DNA of 64,000 bases from a virus (IMGVR_UViG_2721755811_000005); one strand, 5' to 3'; numbered from the stretch's first letter, positions 33,414 through 42,116 are shown. The notes: generated from the sequence alone by a model not told the origin. Numbers and translations: made by a program.

Positions 33414-34262
33414 TCATTTTGCTAAGCGAAGCCCTCGCTTTCTTCTAACGGTTGACCACCAAAACACCCAGCCGAGGACCCTGATTTGCTGTGCCTGCTC
33501 TGGTGTCAGGAACTCGTCTGGGTACTCCTCATCATTCTCGCTACGGATTCGCAACCCTCCGCCTGGAAGGCGATAGAGGAATTTCACTCGAAGCATACCG
33601 TCGTGGTCAAAGGCATATATCTCACCATCTTCGATATGCGTAGCACCCCGGTCAATACCGATAGTGGCGCCGTCCATGATCAAGCGCTCCATGCTCCTAC
33701 CTCGGAGGGTCGCACACGCAGCGTTCTTCTCGTCAACCCCTGCCTCGCGAAGCGTTGACCTAGCAAAGCGTAAGAGCCTTCCGGGAACCTCAACAACCTC
33801 CGTAGCTCCGGTTCCTCCAGCCAACTCGACCTCCTTGTACAGCGGAATGGCTACCTCATCTGGACCAAGCGGCGTGGAGTCATCCCAAGGGGACATGCAT
33901 CCGATCAATTCCGCATTGGGCTCCACAGCTTTCAGTGCTGCAGGGCCTTGGTCGGTCAATCCGTTTGCAATCCTGGTCATTTCTTCCAGTTCTGCAGCAA
34001 GGCGAGGGCTGACCTCGGCAGGAGAAAAGCTCAGCGCCTGCGAGAACTTCAGCAACGCATCGAGATTCAAGGCCAGCTTGCCGGACATGTACTGGTTGAC
34101 GGTGCTTTGTGCGGATGCCCACCCGCAAGCCTCCCCAACGCTTTCCTGGGTGATGGCTTGCCCTCGCGCCGAAGCTTCTGCCTTCCGCTTGAGGTAAATC
34201 GCCTTGAGTCGGGCGCACTCAAGAGCTTCGTTGGGGGCTAGGGGTCTTCGTTGTCTGCTCAT
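33414..34262 (-). CDS. cI: CI-like repressor with C-terminal S24 (LexA-type) autopeptidase domain.
   Basis: N-terminal XRE-type HTH (QESVGEACGWASAQSTVNQYMSG); C-terminal LexA-like (Ser in RGRSMERLI, Lys in RVKFL); divergent from cro. Confidence 0.8.
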   Translation of the reverse strand: MSRQRRPLAPNEALECARLKAIYLKRKAEASARGQAITQESVGEACGWASAQSTVNQYMSGKLALNLDALLKFSQALSFSPAEVSPRLAAELEEMTRIANGLTDQGPAALKAVEPNAELIGCMSPWDDSTPLGPDEVAIPLYKEVELAGGTGATEVVEVPGRLLRFARSTLREAGVDEKNAACATLRGRSMERLIMDGATIGIDRGATHIEDGEIYAFDHDGMLRVKFLYRLPGGGLRIRSENDEEYPDEFLTPEQAQQIRVLGWVFWWSTVRRKRGLRLAK

Positions 34263-34294
34263 GCCAAAACTGTATTAGCTCTACTTAATTGTTT

Positions 34295-34314
34295 CAAACA
34301 GCCTGGCTTTTATT
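34295..34314. promoter_or_regulatory. Operator O1 (CAAACAGCCTGGCTTTTATT) in the cI-cro intergenic region.
   Basis: Shares the AGCC-N-GGCT dyad core with O2/O3. Confidence 0.5.
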
Positions 34315-34316
34315 GG

Positions 34317-34345
34317 TTGCTGGAAAAAACAAGCCAGGCTAATAT
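34317..34345 (+). promoter_or_regulatory. Predicted PR promoter (TTGCTG -N17- TAATAT) overlapped by operator O2 (34326..34345, AACAAGCCAGGCTAATAT).
   Basis: Sigma70-like -35/-10 with 17-nt spacer, about 30 nt upstream of the cro ATG. Confidence 0.55.
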
Positions 34346-34374
34346 CTTCGGGAAACACCTCATGGACCAGCCAG

Positions 34375-34710
34375 ATGAAAGACGTCCCGTTGAGCGAGTT
34401 CTTGGGCGCCAAAACCTTTCGCGCCAAGCAGAAGGAAGTGGCCGGAGCTCTTGGCATAACCCAAAGCGCTGTATCTCAAATGGCGAGATCTGGCCGAAGA
34501 GTCTTCGTGCGCGTGATCGACGGTCAGGTCGTCGGAGCCTTCGAGATAAAGGCTGTTCCCTCGAACAGTCGAATCTCGCTACCCGCTTCGTGCTGCGAAG
34601 CTTGGACCGCAGGATCCGCCGACCTTGAGCCCATTCTGCCGTCCGATTCCCACATCCGGCAGTGCGCTGATACCGCTGTTCAGGCATCCAGTACCGAGGT
34701 GGCTCCGTGA
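34375..34710 (+). CDS. cro: Cro-like repressor.
   Basis: LGITQSAVSQMARSGRRVFVRVIDGQVV resembles the Cro/YdaS family; first gene rightward of the operators. Confidence 0.65.
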   Translation: MKDVPLSEFLGAKTFRAKQKEVAGALGITQSAVSQMARSGRRVFVRVIDGQVVGAFEIKAVPSNSRISLPASCCEAWTAGSADLEPILPSDSHIRQCADTAVQASSTEVAP

Positions 34711-35122
34711 TTTCCCGTCAAAAGCCCGTTTGGCCCCTTCCCGTGAGTGCAGTTTCACGGGCGAAATCTGGGGACCTGGCCGATGTGAGCGGCCCGACAA
34801 GACGTCGGGACCATGGTGTTCATCGGAAGGGCCTCTTGAGGGCCTTCGTTTACCAAGCCACTTGGGATATTTCTAAAAGGGTGCAGGCGACCTGCATCGC
34901 CTCGTCAATGAAATCAGGAGCTTGCACTTTGGAAAAGTCTGATACGCGCGTTCGCGCCCCTTCATCAAAGCCGCCCTGACCTGGGTTGCGCTTTTCAAAA
35001 TGTGTGGAGGATAGGGACTCCCTGTCTCCAGACAGCAAAAAGCCCCGCTTTCGCGAGGCCTTTAGTCGGTAGTCGTTGGCGCGACTGCCTAGGTACTTCT
35101 TTGTCTCGAGGGAGACATCAAC

Positions 35123-35434
35123 ATGCAACTCAAAAATATCAAAACGTCAAGCCAGGCGCAACAGCTAGCGACCACTGAGGAGGTTGGATTTCTCCTGACC
35201 CCCAGCGGGCTCTGTGCGCTCCAGGTCTGCGAGGGGATTCCCATCGTAGAGGTAATGCAACGTTACGAGGAGTCGCTCAACGCTCTCTGCGTTTTGCTCA
35301 GGCGCTTGGCCAGGGACGTCGTTCACCCTATGAACGACTCCGAAGCAGAAGCTATCGCGCTGCTCACTGAGGTGGTGGCGGCTATGCACAGTAGCTGCGT
35401 GCGCGGCCTTGATGCTGCGGGAGGTGCTGCATGA
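35123..35434 (+). CDS. Small early protein, tandem paralog family member 1.
   Basis: 103 aa; C-terminal pattern similar to the next three ORFs. Confidence 0.5.
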   Translation: MQLKNIKTSSQAQQLATTEEVGFLLTPSGLCALQVCEGIPIVEVMQRYEESLNALCVLLRRLARDVVHPMNDSEAEAIALLTEVVAAMHSSCVRGLDAAGGAA

Positions 35435-35718
35435 ACGCGCTTCTGAGAGCTCGCCCTATTGACCCGGAGAACAGCTTCTTCAAGGTCAACCCTGGACTTT
35501 CCAAGCGGGAAGCCTTGGACGAGGCCAGTGTCATTCTGGCCGGGCTCAGCGACATCCTCATCTCCCTCGTCGAGGGTAGCCCCATGGATGGCAATGGCTA
35601 CCACGCGCTGGCGTACCTGAGTGATGCAGCAAAGGCGCTAGTGGATGCCGCCATACCTCTGCCCGCGGAGGAGGCGGAAATCGCCGCTGCGCTCAATGCA
35701 AAGGAGCGCCGCCAATGA
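35431..35718 (+). CDS. Small early protein, tandem paralog family member 2.
   Basis: ALDEASVILAGLSDILISLVEGSP ... ALAYLSDAAKALVDAAI aligns with member 4. Confidence 0.5.
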   Translation: MNALLRARPIDPENSFFKVNPGLSKREALDEASVILAGLSDILISLVEGSPMDGNGYHALAYLSDAAKALVDAAIPLPAEEAEIAAALNAKERRQ

Positions 35719-36023
35719 ACCTCTCGACGCTGCTCAGCAATCAGTGTTCCCCGGTCCCAGACGAAGTTCTGACCGATAAGCAGATCCGATCCATTGCGTT
35801 TGAGCGCGATACGGCTCGCCATGCCGCTCAGAACATGGCGCTCGGTGTTGCCGCAGTCGGGAAACTGCTGGCGCTTACCAGTGCTGAAGGCGAGATCGGC
35901 CAGGAAACCGCCGAGCGTCTTGGCTGGTTCTTGGAGGAGGTTGGCGGGGTGATCTTCCAACTGGTGGAGTTCGACCAGGTCTGCACGAATCGCATCAACC
36001 GGCAGAAGGAGGCTCAGCAATGA
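35715..36023 (+). CDS. Small early protein, tandem paralog family member 3.
   Basis: 102 aa, ATGA overlap. Confidence 0.5.
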   Translation: MNLSTLLSNQCSPVPDEVLTDKQIRSIAFERDTARHAAQNMALGVAAVGKLLALTSAEGEIGQETAERLGWFLEEVGGVIFQLVEFDQVCTNRINRQKEAQQ

Positions 36024-36295
36024 GGGCCACATTGGGTATCAGCTTCCGGGAGACTGCGCCGGTTGATCTTTCGAAGGGAGATCACAAGACGAATGTCCTG
36101 TGCGTTAAGGATGACATCGATGCCGACCTCGCGCTGGACAGCGCCACCGATCTTCTGGACGCGGTGATTGGTGGGCTTCAGGAAATCGTTAGCGAGCCGA
36201 GCGTTTCTTCCCAGGTTTCGCTGATGCTTCACGCGGTCGAGACCGCGCAGGCCTTGGTCCGTGCCGCCTTGGAGGGTGGGGAGGTGCCGGCATGA
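36020..36295 (+). CDS. Small early protein, tandem paralog family member 4.
   Basis: LALDSATDLLDAVIGGLQEIVSEPS ... LMLHAVETAQALVRAAL. Confidence 0.5.
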   Translation: MRATLGISFRETAPVDLSKGDHKTNVLCVKDDIDADLALDSATDLLDAVIGGLQEIVSEPSVSSQVSLMLHAVETAQALVRAALEGGEVPA

Positions 36296-36783
36296 GCTCT
36301 GTGTCTGATGCAAAACGCCCTCGTCGTGGCAAGAAGCTGCAGGGAATCTGCCTCCACCCACGCGCCAAGGAAGCTTGGCGGCGATTGCCCTTCGTAGGCA
36401 AGGACCATGGTCGCTACTCAATGTGGGATGTCCCTCTGACCGGTAGTTACCTCACCGGCCTCGAGGCAGGCAAGAGTATCGCGCATATCTACCTGAAGTA
36501 TGTCCGGGATGTGGACGACTGGATGGCCGCCGAGGTGCTCAGGAGCATGGTCCGCGATCTGATCACCAAAGCCCCTTCGGACGAGCAAGAGGAAACTGTC
36601 AAACGCGGCCAGTTCGCGGGGTTCATGGGCGAGATATTCAACTGGCTCAGGGTGTCCGCCCAGTTTGCCGGAAGCAGTCTAGACCGAGTGGAAGACCAGG
36701 ACCTGGTAGATCGGGTGAACCACTACCTGGATGCAGGCGTAGCCGATGCAATAGATGCGGCTATTACGAGGGCTTCGACATGA
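36292..36783 (+). CDS. Hypothetical early protein.
   Basis: 163 aa. Confidence 0.5.
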   Translation: MSSVSDAKRPRRGKKLQGICLHPRAKEAWRRLPFVGKDHGRYSMWDVPLTGSYLTGLEAGKSIAHIYLKYVRDVDDWMAAEVLRSMVRDLITKAPSDEQEETVKRGQFAGFMGEIFNWLRVSAQFAGSSLDRVEDQDLVDRVNHYLDAGVADAIDAAITRAST

Positions 36784-37544
36784 CTGGCCTGACCACCATC
36801 GGCGGCCAGGCCGCCACCATGACCAGTATCGATCTGCGGGACATCATCAACGAGGCGCGGGCCGCTGCGAATGAACCCCGCGTCAGGAATGACCAGTTCA
36901 TCGCCCGGGTGCAGGATGAGCTCGGCGATGAACTTGGGGTATGCAAAAAAATTGCACACCCCCAGAGCGGCGTTTTGATGGAGTGTTACGAGCTCACTTT
37001 GGACCAATGCATGCTCGTCGGCATGCGGGAGTCCAAGGGGGTGCGCCGCAGTGTTCTGGAGAGGCTGAAGGCTCTGCGTGCGCCGATGACCCAGGCTGAG
37101 CAGATGCTGGCTCATGCGCAGATTCAGGTGCAACTCGAGCGCCGACAGCAGCAGATCGAGCAACAGCAGGCCCAGCACCAGGTCGCTATTGAGCGCGTCG
37201 AGCAGCGGGTCGAGGACCTGTCCGAATCCCGCGTTTGGGACCACTGCCCGCAGAACTGCATGCCGATCACCCGCATCCGTGAGGTGATCAATGACCGTTA
37301 TGGCCTGTCGGCCACCGTGGTGGACGCAGTGGTTCGGCAGATGCCTATCAGCCCGAAGCCCTGGGGCATGGTCCGCAACGGCCACGAGAACGCCCAGGGC
37401 AGCCAGTACGCGGTCTGGGCGACCAGCGATATCACTGCGGTCTTCAAGCGCTTCGTCAGCGAGTGCGAGCGGGTTACCGAGACCCAAGCTACCCATCCCT
37501 ATTTCCCGGGCCGGTTCCGGCTGGCCCCGAAGGTGAAGTCATGA
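36780..37544 (+). CDS. Hypothetical early protein (possible DNA-binding / anti-repressor-like N-domain plus Gln-rich coiled-coil).
   Basis: 254 aa; QQQIEQQQAQHQ coiled-coil segment. Confidence 0.45.
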   Translation: MTGLTTIGGQAATMTSIDLRDIINEARAAANEPRVRNDQFIARVQDELGDELGVCKKIAHPQSGVLMECYELTLDQCMLVGMRESKGVRRSVLERLKALRAPMTQAEQMLAHAQIQVQLERRQQQIEQQQAQHQVAIERVEQRVEDLSESRVWDHCPQNCMPITRIREVINDRYGLSATVVDAVVRQMPISPKPWGMVRNGHENAQGSQYAVWATSDITAVFKRFVSECERVTETQATHPYFPGRFRLAPKVKS

Positions 37545-37897
37545 GCAAGAAAAGCAAGCGCAATACCACCGAGCAGATGACTCCTGAGTTTCTAGCCGCT
37601 GGCCGCCTCTACACCAGCATGTGCAAGGCCGGCCTGTCGCATACCCCGGAAGCCGCAGCAGTGTTTCGGCACATGTACGACGCAGCCCCGGAGTCGTTCC
37701 GCCAGGAAATGCACGACATGGCTGTGCAGATGGGGCTGATGCCTGCCGTTCCGGATGGCTATACCGACGACGGAGAGCCCGTTTACGAACTGGAAGGGAT
37801 GGCCAAGCGGCTGGGCATTGATCCCGAAGAGGCGAAGCGCAAAGCCGAAGAGCTGGGCCTCAAGCCGAACACCCTCAAAGTCCATAGGGTGAACTGA
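37541..37897 (+). CDS. Hypothetical early protein.
   Basis: 118 aa from MSKKSKRN; ATGA overlap. Confidence 0.5.
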   Translation: MSKKSKRNTTEQMTPEFLAAGRLYTSMCKAGLSHTPEAAAVFRHMYDAAPESFRQEMHDMAVQMGLMPAVPDGYTDDGEPVYELEGMAKRLGIDPEEAKRKAEELGLKPNTLKVHRVN

Positions 37898-37900
37898 GCC

Positions 37901-38035
37901 ATGACCAACACCATCCAGATTCACCGCCACGCCCTGCCTATCGTTGAGTTCCGCAGCAGGCGCAACCTGACCACCCACCTCAAGCGCAAGATGCGGACCT
38001 TGGTGCAGCGCCTGGAGAGGGAGGGCTTGGCATGA
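37901..38035 (+). CDS. Small ORF (44 aa), basic, not in the >=60-aa ORF track.
   Basis: ATG 37901 four nt after the upstream stop; its TGA overlaps the next gene's ATG (ATGA). Confidence 0.3.
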   Translation: MTNTIQIHRHALPIVEFRSRRNLTTHLKRKMRTLVQRLEREGLA

Positions 38036-38346
38036 GCAAGGTCGCCCACCAGTCCGATCCCGTGATGCTCAACGAGCAGTCCTTCGAGCAGTTCGGCAGC
38101 GACCAGGTTGCCTACAAGATCTGGTGCTCAATCGACACTGCCTTCGAGCTGCTGGGCCAGTTCGATCCCCCTGTAGTAGCCGAGGTTGCCCTAAACATCG
38201 CCGATATCCAGTTCGAGATCATCAAGGCGCGCTTCGCCCTGATGGTGCTGGTGAAGCGGTTGTGTGGCTGGCGCCCGGAAGATATCGATGAAGTATTGGC
38301 TGAGCGGCTGATGGAGAAGTTGTTCAGCAGTTCGGAGGAGAAGTAA
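38032..38346 (+). CDS. Hypothetical early protein.
   Basis: 104 aa; GGAGAGGGAGGG RBS. Confidence 0.5.
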   Translation: MSKVAHQSDPVMLNEQSFEQFGSDQVAYKIWCSIDTAFELLGQFDPPVVAEVALNIADIQFEIIKARFALMVLVKRLCGWRPEDIDEVLAERLMEKLFSSSEEK

Positions 38347-39404
38347 TGGCTCGCGCCCGCAACATCAAACCCTCGTTCTTCAAGAACGAGGATCTGGCCG
38401 ACCTGGATCCATTCGACCGCCTGCTGTTCATCGGTCTGTGGTGTCTGGCTGATCGGGAGGGGCGGCTGGAATACCGGCCGCGCCGGATCAAGATCGAACT
38501 GTTCCCCGGGGATAACTATGACGTGGAGATCGGCCTGGCCAATCTCTTGGACAAGGGATTCATCGAGCGCTACGAGGTTGCTGGTTTCTCGGTGATCTCT
38601 CTGCCGAACTTCACTCGTCACCAGTCTCCGCATAGCACCGAGAAGGACAGCGAGCTACCTGACTGCAACGGTTATCTAACTGTGAATGAGCGTGCGCGTG
38701 GGAAGGTTATTCCAGGTAAGCAACGGTTAGTGCATGCGGAAACTGGTGCATGTGTGGATATAAATAACAGTGCTTTAACAGTTAAAACACCAGAGCAGTC
38801 GCAGTCTGCACCTGTGGATGCATCAACCAATAACGCCCTGAATCCTGATTCTCTGAATCCTGATTACCTGAATCCTGAAGAAGATCAAGAGACTCTTGTC
38901 GACTCTGACGAATCGACGACAGCGAGCGACGACCTTGCCGGCGGGGAAAAACCTCCCACCGAGGAGCGATCCGAGTACAGCGAGGATTTCAACCGCTTCT
39001 GGTCGGAGTACCCTCGCCGGCATCGGTCCGGCGCGAAGAAGCCGGCGTGGAGAGCGTGGAAGGCCAGGCTGCGTGCTGGCGCCACGGTCGAAGAGTTGAT
39101 CCAGGCAGCGAAGAACTATCACGCCGAGATGGCCGGCAAGGGCAACGTCGGGACGGAGTTCGTCAAGCTGCCGGAGACGTTCATTGGCCCGAACGATCAC
39201 TGGCGGGAGTACGTTGGTGAGCTAGGCGCTCCCCGGGGGCCTTCCGGCCCTGGCGGCAAGCGCTACCCGTTCATCCCACCCCGGGGCTACCAGCTTGAGG
39301 ATCACGAGTTCTGGCATCCGCAGATGACGGACACGGTGCTGTCCACTCGGACCCATGACTTCAGCACCCTTGAGCGTTTTCCGGACGGGGAGGGCGCATG
39401 CTGA
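38346..39404 (+). CDS. Replication initiator (lambda O-like / replisome organiser) with internal origin.
   Basis: Basic N-domain (NIKPSFFKNEDLADLDPFDRLLFIGLW); acidic low-complexity linker containing DNA iterons; C-terminal FNRFWSEYPRR...KKPAWRAW motif. Confidence 0.55.
   Translation: MARARNIKPSFFKNEDLADLDPFDRLLFIGLWCLADREGRLEYRPRRIKIELFPGDNYDVEIGLANLLDKGFIERYEVAGFSVISLPNFTRHQSPHSTEKDSELPDCNGYLTVNERARGKVIPGKQRLVHAETGACVDINNSALTVKTPEQSQSAPVDASTNNALNPDSLNPDYLNPEEDQETLVDSDESTTASDDLAGGEKPPTEERSEYSEDFNRFWSEYPRRHRSGAKKPAWRAWKARLRAGATVEELIQAAKNYHAEMAGKGNVGTEFVKLPETFIGPNDHWREYVGELGAPRGPSGPGGKRYPFIPPRGYQLEDHEFWHPQMTDTVLSTRTHDFSTLERFPDGEGAC
38740..38880. promoter_or_regulatory. Candidate origin of replication inside the O-like gene: AT-rich tract followed by 3 iterons CTGAATCCTGAT at 15-bp period (38838, 38853, 38868).
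   Basis: Direct repeats and local AT-richness read in sequence; analogous to ori-lambda lying inside O. Confidence 0.45.
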
Positions 39405-41209
39405 CCCCATCGGAGATTTCCAAGCGCCTGGCTGATCGTGCCGCCGACGTTGCACGGCATTTGCTGCCTGGCGGCAAGCGGGAGGGCGCCGAGTGGCGCG
39501 CTGGCGATGCATCGGGCGAGAAGGGCAAGAGCCTGGGCGTACACCTCGTCGGCGAGAAGGCTGGCGTGTGGTGTGACTTCGCCACTGGGGAGTCTGGCGA
39601 CCTGCTGGATCTCTGGCGAGTGGCGCGCAACTGCGACATGGCGACGGCGCTGAGCGAGGCCAGGGGCTACCTCGGCGTGCAGGAGCCCAAGCTCACGCGG
39701 CCGGTCGAGAACCGGAAGTCATACCAGCGGCCAGACAAGCCAAGGTGCTCGACGCCGAAGGTGGACTCGGTGGTGATGGCGTACCTGAAGGGCCGTGGAC
39801 TGACCGAGGAGACCATCAAGGCGTTCAAGATCGCCGAGGACGGCCAGAGCATCGTGTTTCCGTACCTGCGCAACGGGTCGCTGATCCACTGGAAGAAACT
39901 CGGCGTGGAGCGCCCCGGTGGCAAGAAGAAAATCACCACGTCGTCGGACACCGAGCCTTGCCTGTTCGGCTGGCAGGCCATCCCGGACGGTATCCGGGAA
40001 GTGACGATCACCGAGGGCGAGATCGACGCGATGACCGCCTGGCAGTACGGGCGCCCGGCACTCTCGGTGCCCTTCGGTGGCGGCAAGGACGGCAAGCAAC
40101 GCTGGATCGAGTACGAGTTCGACAACCTGCAGCGCTTCGACGTGATCTACCTGTGCCTCGACGATGACGAACCCGGCCACCAGGCGACCGAGGAGATCGT
40201 TCGGCGCCTTGGGCGTGATCGGTGCCGCCTGGTGAAACTGGGCTGTAAGGATTTCAACGAGGCCCTCGACGCCCTGTACTACAGCGCCGACGACATCGCG
40301 GAGTGCTACGCCAAGGCGAAGAACTTCGACCCGGAGCGGCTGAAGTCGGTCAGTTCCTACTCTGAGGAGGTCAAGGCCGAGTTCTACGACCAGAACCCCG
40401 AAACCACGGGCATGGAGCTGCCCTGGAGCGCCTACGCCAACAAGATCCGCTTCCGGCCTTCGGAGCTCACCATCTGGACCGGCTGGAGTGGACACGGCAA
40501 ATCCCAGCTCCTGAACTACCTCGCGTTCCACGGCATGAACCGCAAGGGCAGCCACGACCGGTTCTGCATCGCCTCGATGGAGATGCCTGCCAAGCGGACC
40601 TTGCAGCGAATGGTCCGGCAGGCCTCCGGCATGTCTTGTCCTTCGAGGGGCTACATCGACGCGATCCTCGACGGGCTCGACGGCAAGCTGTGGATCTACG
40701 ACCAGTTGGGCACCGCGAAGACGGGCGAAATGCTTGAAGACTTCCGGTATGCCGCGCGCCGGTACGGAGTGAACCACTTCATCGTCGACAGCCTGGCGAA
40801 GCTTGGGATGGCTGAGGACGACTACAACGGCCAGAAGCAGGCCATGGAGGCGCTGGTGGGGTTTGCTCACGAGATGAACGTCCACGTCCACCTGGTTGCC
40901 CACCCGCGGAAGGCTGACGACGAGGGTAAACCCCCGGGCAAGCTCGACGTTCGCGGCGGCGCCATCCTCACAGACCTGGCCGACAACGTGTGCACGGTCT
41001 GGCGGAACAAGCGCAAGGAGATGGCCAAGGGAGACGACTACAAGGACCAGAGCGACGTGCGCCTGATCATCAGCAAGCAGCGCCTTACCGGCGATGAAGG
41101 AATCTTGGACCTGTGGTTCGACAAGGCATCCAACCAGTATTTCAGTGCGAGCACTCACAAGGCCCGGAACTGGGTTCACTACGAGGGCGCGCGGGAGCAA
41201 GCAGCATGA
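39398..41209 (+). CDS. Bifunctional DNA primase (TOPRIM) / DnaB-like replicative helicase.
   Basis: 603 aa; C-terminal Walker A GWSGHGKSQL and DnaB-like motifs; N-terminal primase-like region. Confidence 0.75.
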   Translation: MLTPSEISKRLADRAADVARHLLPGGKREGAEWRAGDASGEKGKSLGVHLVGEKAGVWCDFATGESGDLLDLWRVARNCDMATALSEARGYLGVQEPKLTRPVENRKSYQRPDKPRCSTPKVDSVVMAYLKGRGLTEETIKAFKIAEDGQSIVFPYLRNGSLIHWKKLGVERPGGKKKITTSSDTEPCLFGWQAIPDGIREVTITEGEIDAMTAWQYGRPALSVPFGGGKDGKQRWIEYEFDNLQRFDVIYLCLDDDEPGHQATEEIVRRLGRDRCRLVKLGCKDFNEALDALYYSADDIAECYAKAKNFDPERLKSVSSYSEEVKAEFYDQNPETTGMELPWSAYANKIRFRPSELTIWTGWSGHGKSQLLNYLAFHGMNRKGSHDRFCIASMEMPAKRTLQRMVRQASGMSCPSRGYIDAILDGLDGKLWIYDQLGTAKTGEMLEDFRYAARRYGVNHFIVDSLAKLGMAEDDYNGQKQAMEALVGFAHEMNVHVHLVAHPRKADDEGKPPGKLDVRGGAILTDLADNVCTVWRNKRKEMAKGDDYKDQSDVRLIISKQRLTGDEGILDLWFDKASNQYFSASTHKARNWVHYEGAREQAA

Positions 41210-41490
41210 GCAACGTACAACCGATCGCACCTCGAAAGGCCATGACCAGGCTGGAGCGGGAGTTTCTCAAGGTGGCCGGCCAGGAGCTGGCGCAGGTCAA
41301 GGTGGGCGGTGCTGCTGCCATGGCTGCGCTGTTGGTCATGATCGCCAACTGGCACGGTGATCGCGGCGCGCTGGGATTTCACGACTATGGCCGGCTCTGG
41401 CTGCAGGACGGAAATGCGAAGGGCGCCGCTGCGGAAATGCTGCTGCGTGATCTGTTCGGCCTGAACGGCAATCCGAAGGGGGCCGCATGA
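41206..41490 (+). CDS. Hypothetical protein.
   Basis: 94 aa, ATGA overlap with the helicase stop. Confidence 0.45.
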   Translation: MSNVQPIAPRKAMTRLEREFLKVAGQELAQVKVGGAAAMAALLVMIANWHGDRGALGFHDYGRLWLQDGNAKGAAAEMLLRDLFGLNGNPKGAA

Positions 41491-42044
41491 CTGGGATCTA
41501 CCGTGATGTGATGCCGGCGATCGTTCGTGTCCTAGCAGCCGATGCCATCGACAACACCGCCAGGATGAACTGGAACAGGCTGATTGATCGAAAGGTCGAC
41601 GGCGGCTTTCGGGCGCTGCTTTCTGCTCAAGATCAGTTCGAGTTCGATTGCATTCTGCACGCCCTGCTGCACCGGGAGCTTTCGCCGGGCGAGTGGGACG
41701 TGCTGCATGCTCGCTACTCGACGCACTTTGATCGGCGTGGGCAGGCCATCGAGCGACTGGCGAGCAGGGTGCATTCGCCTGCGCCTTCTCGGTTTCTGGA
41801 GCGTGCTGTAGCGACCTGGGCTATCCCGATGATGAAGGGCAAGGACGGAAAGCGATCAACCGCTATCCCGATGCTCCCCAAGAAGTGGTACGACATGAAC
41901 AACTGGGATGAGGACGCGCGACCGGACTCAACTCGAAACCGCTGGCGCAGGGATATTCGGAAACAGCTTGATCGTTTCGAGGAAGAGGCGTTGGTGCATG
42001 TAACCGAGATCCTTGACCGCGAGAAGTTGCTCGATGCGGCTTGA
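41487..42044 (+). CDS. Hypothetical protein in the Q (late antiterminator) position.
   Basis: 185 aa; last early gene, directly upstream of the terminator cluster preceding the late genes; no Zn-finger, so functional assignment is positional only. Confidence 0.3.
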   Translation: MTGIYRDVMPAIVRVLAADAIDNTARMNWNRLIDRKVDGGFRALLSAQDQFEFDCILHALLHRELSPGEWDVLHARYSTHFDRRGQAIERLASRVHSPAPSRFLERAVATWAIPMMKGKDGKRSTAIPMLPKKWYDMNNWDEDARPDSTRNRWRRDIRKQLDRFEEEALVHVTEILDREKLLDAA

Positions 42045-42116
42045 CGAATGTGATCGACTGAGCGTAACGTAACCACATCTGTTGATACGTGCGCGCTAAG
42101 CTAGATCGACTCCGAA

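Noticed and set aside
31133-33576. Long plus-strand ORFs 31133..32506 (457 aa) and 32293..33576 (427 aa) across the leftward operon.
   Set aside because: They are antisense to the SPFH, LuxR-type and membrane-protein genes, which have RBSs, lipoboxes and recognisable domains. The translations have Arg/Gly-rich junk composition.
34251-34628. 125-aa plus-strand ORF overlapping the cI start and the cro frame.
   Set aside because: It would start inside cI and read through the operators. The alternative frame from ATG 34375 gives a clear Cro-like HTH protein.
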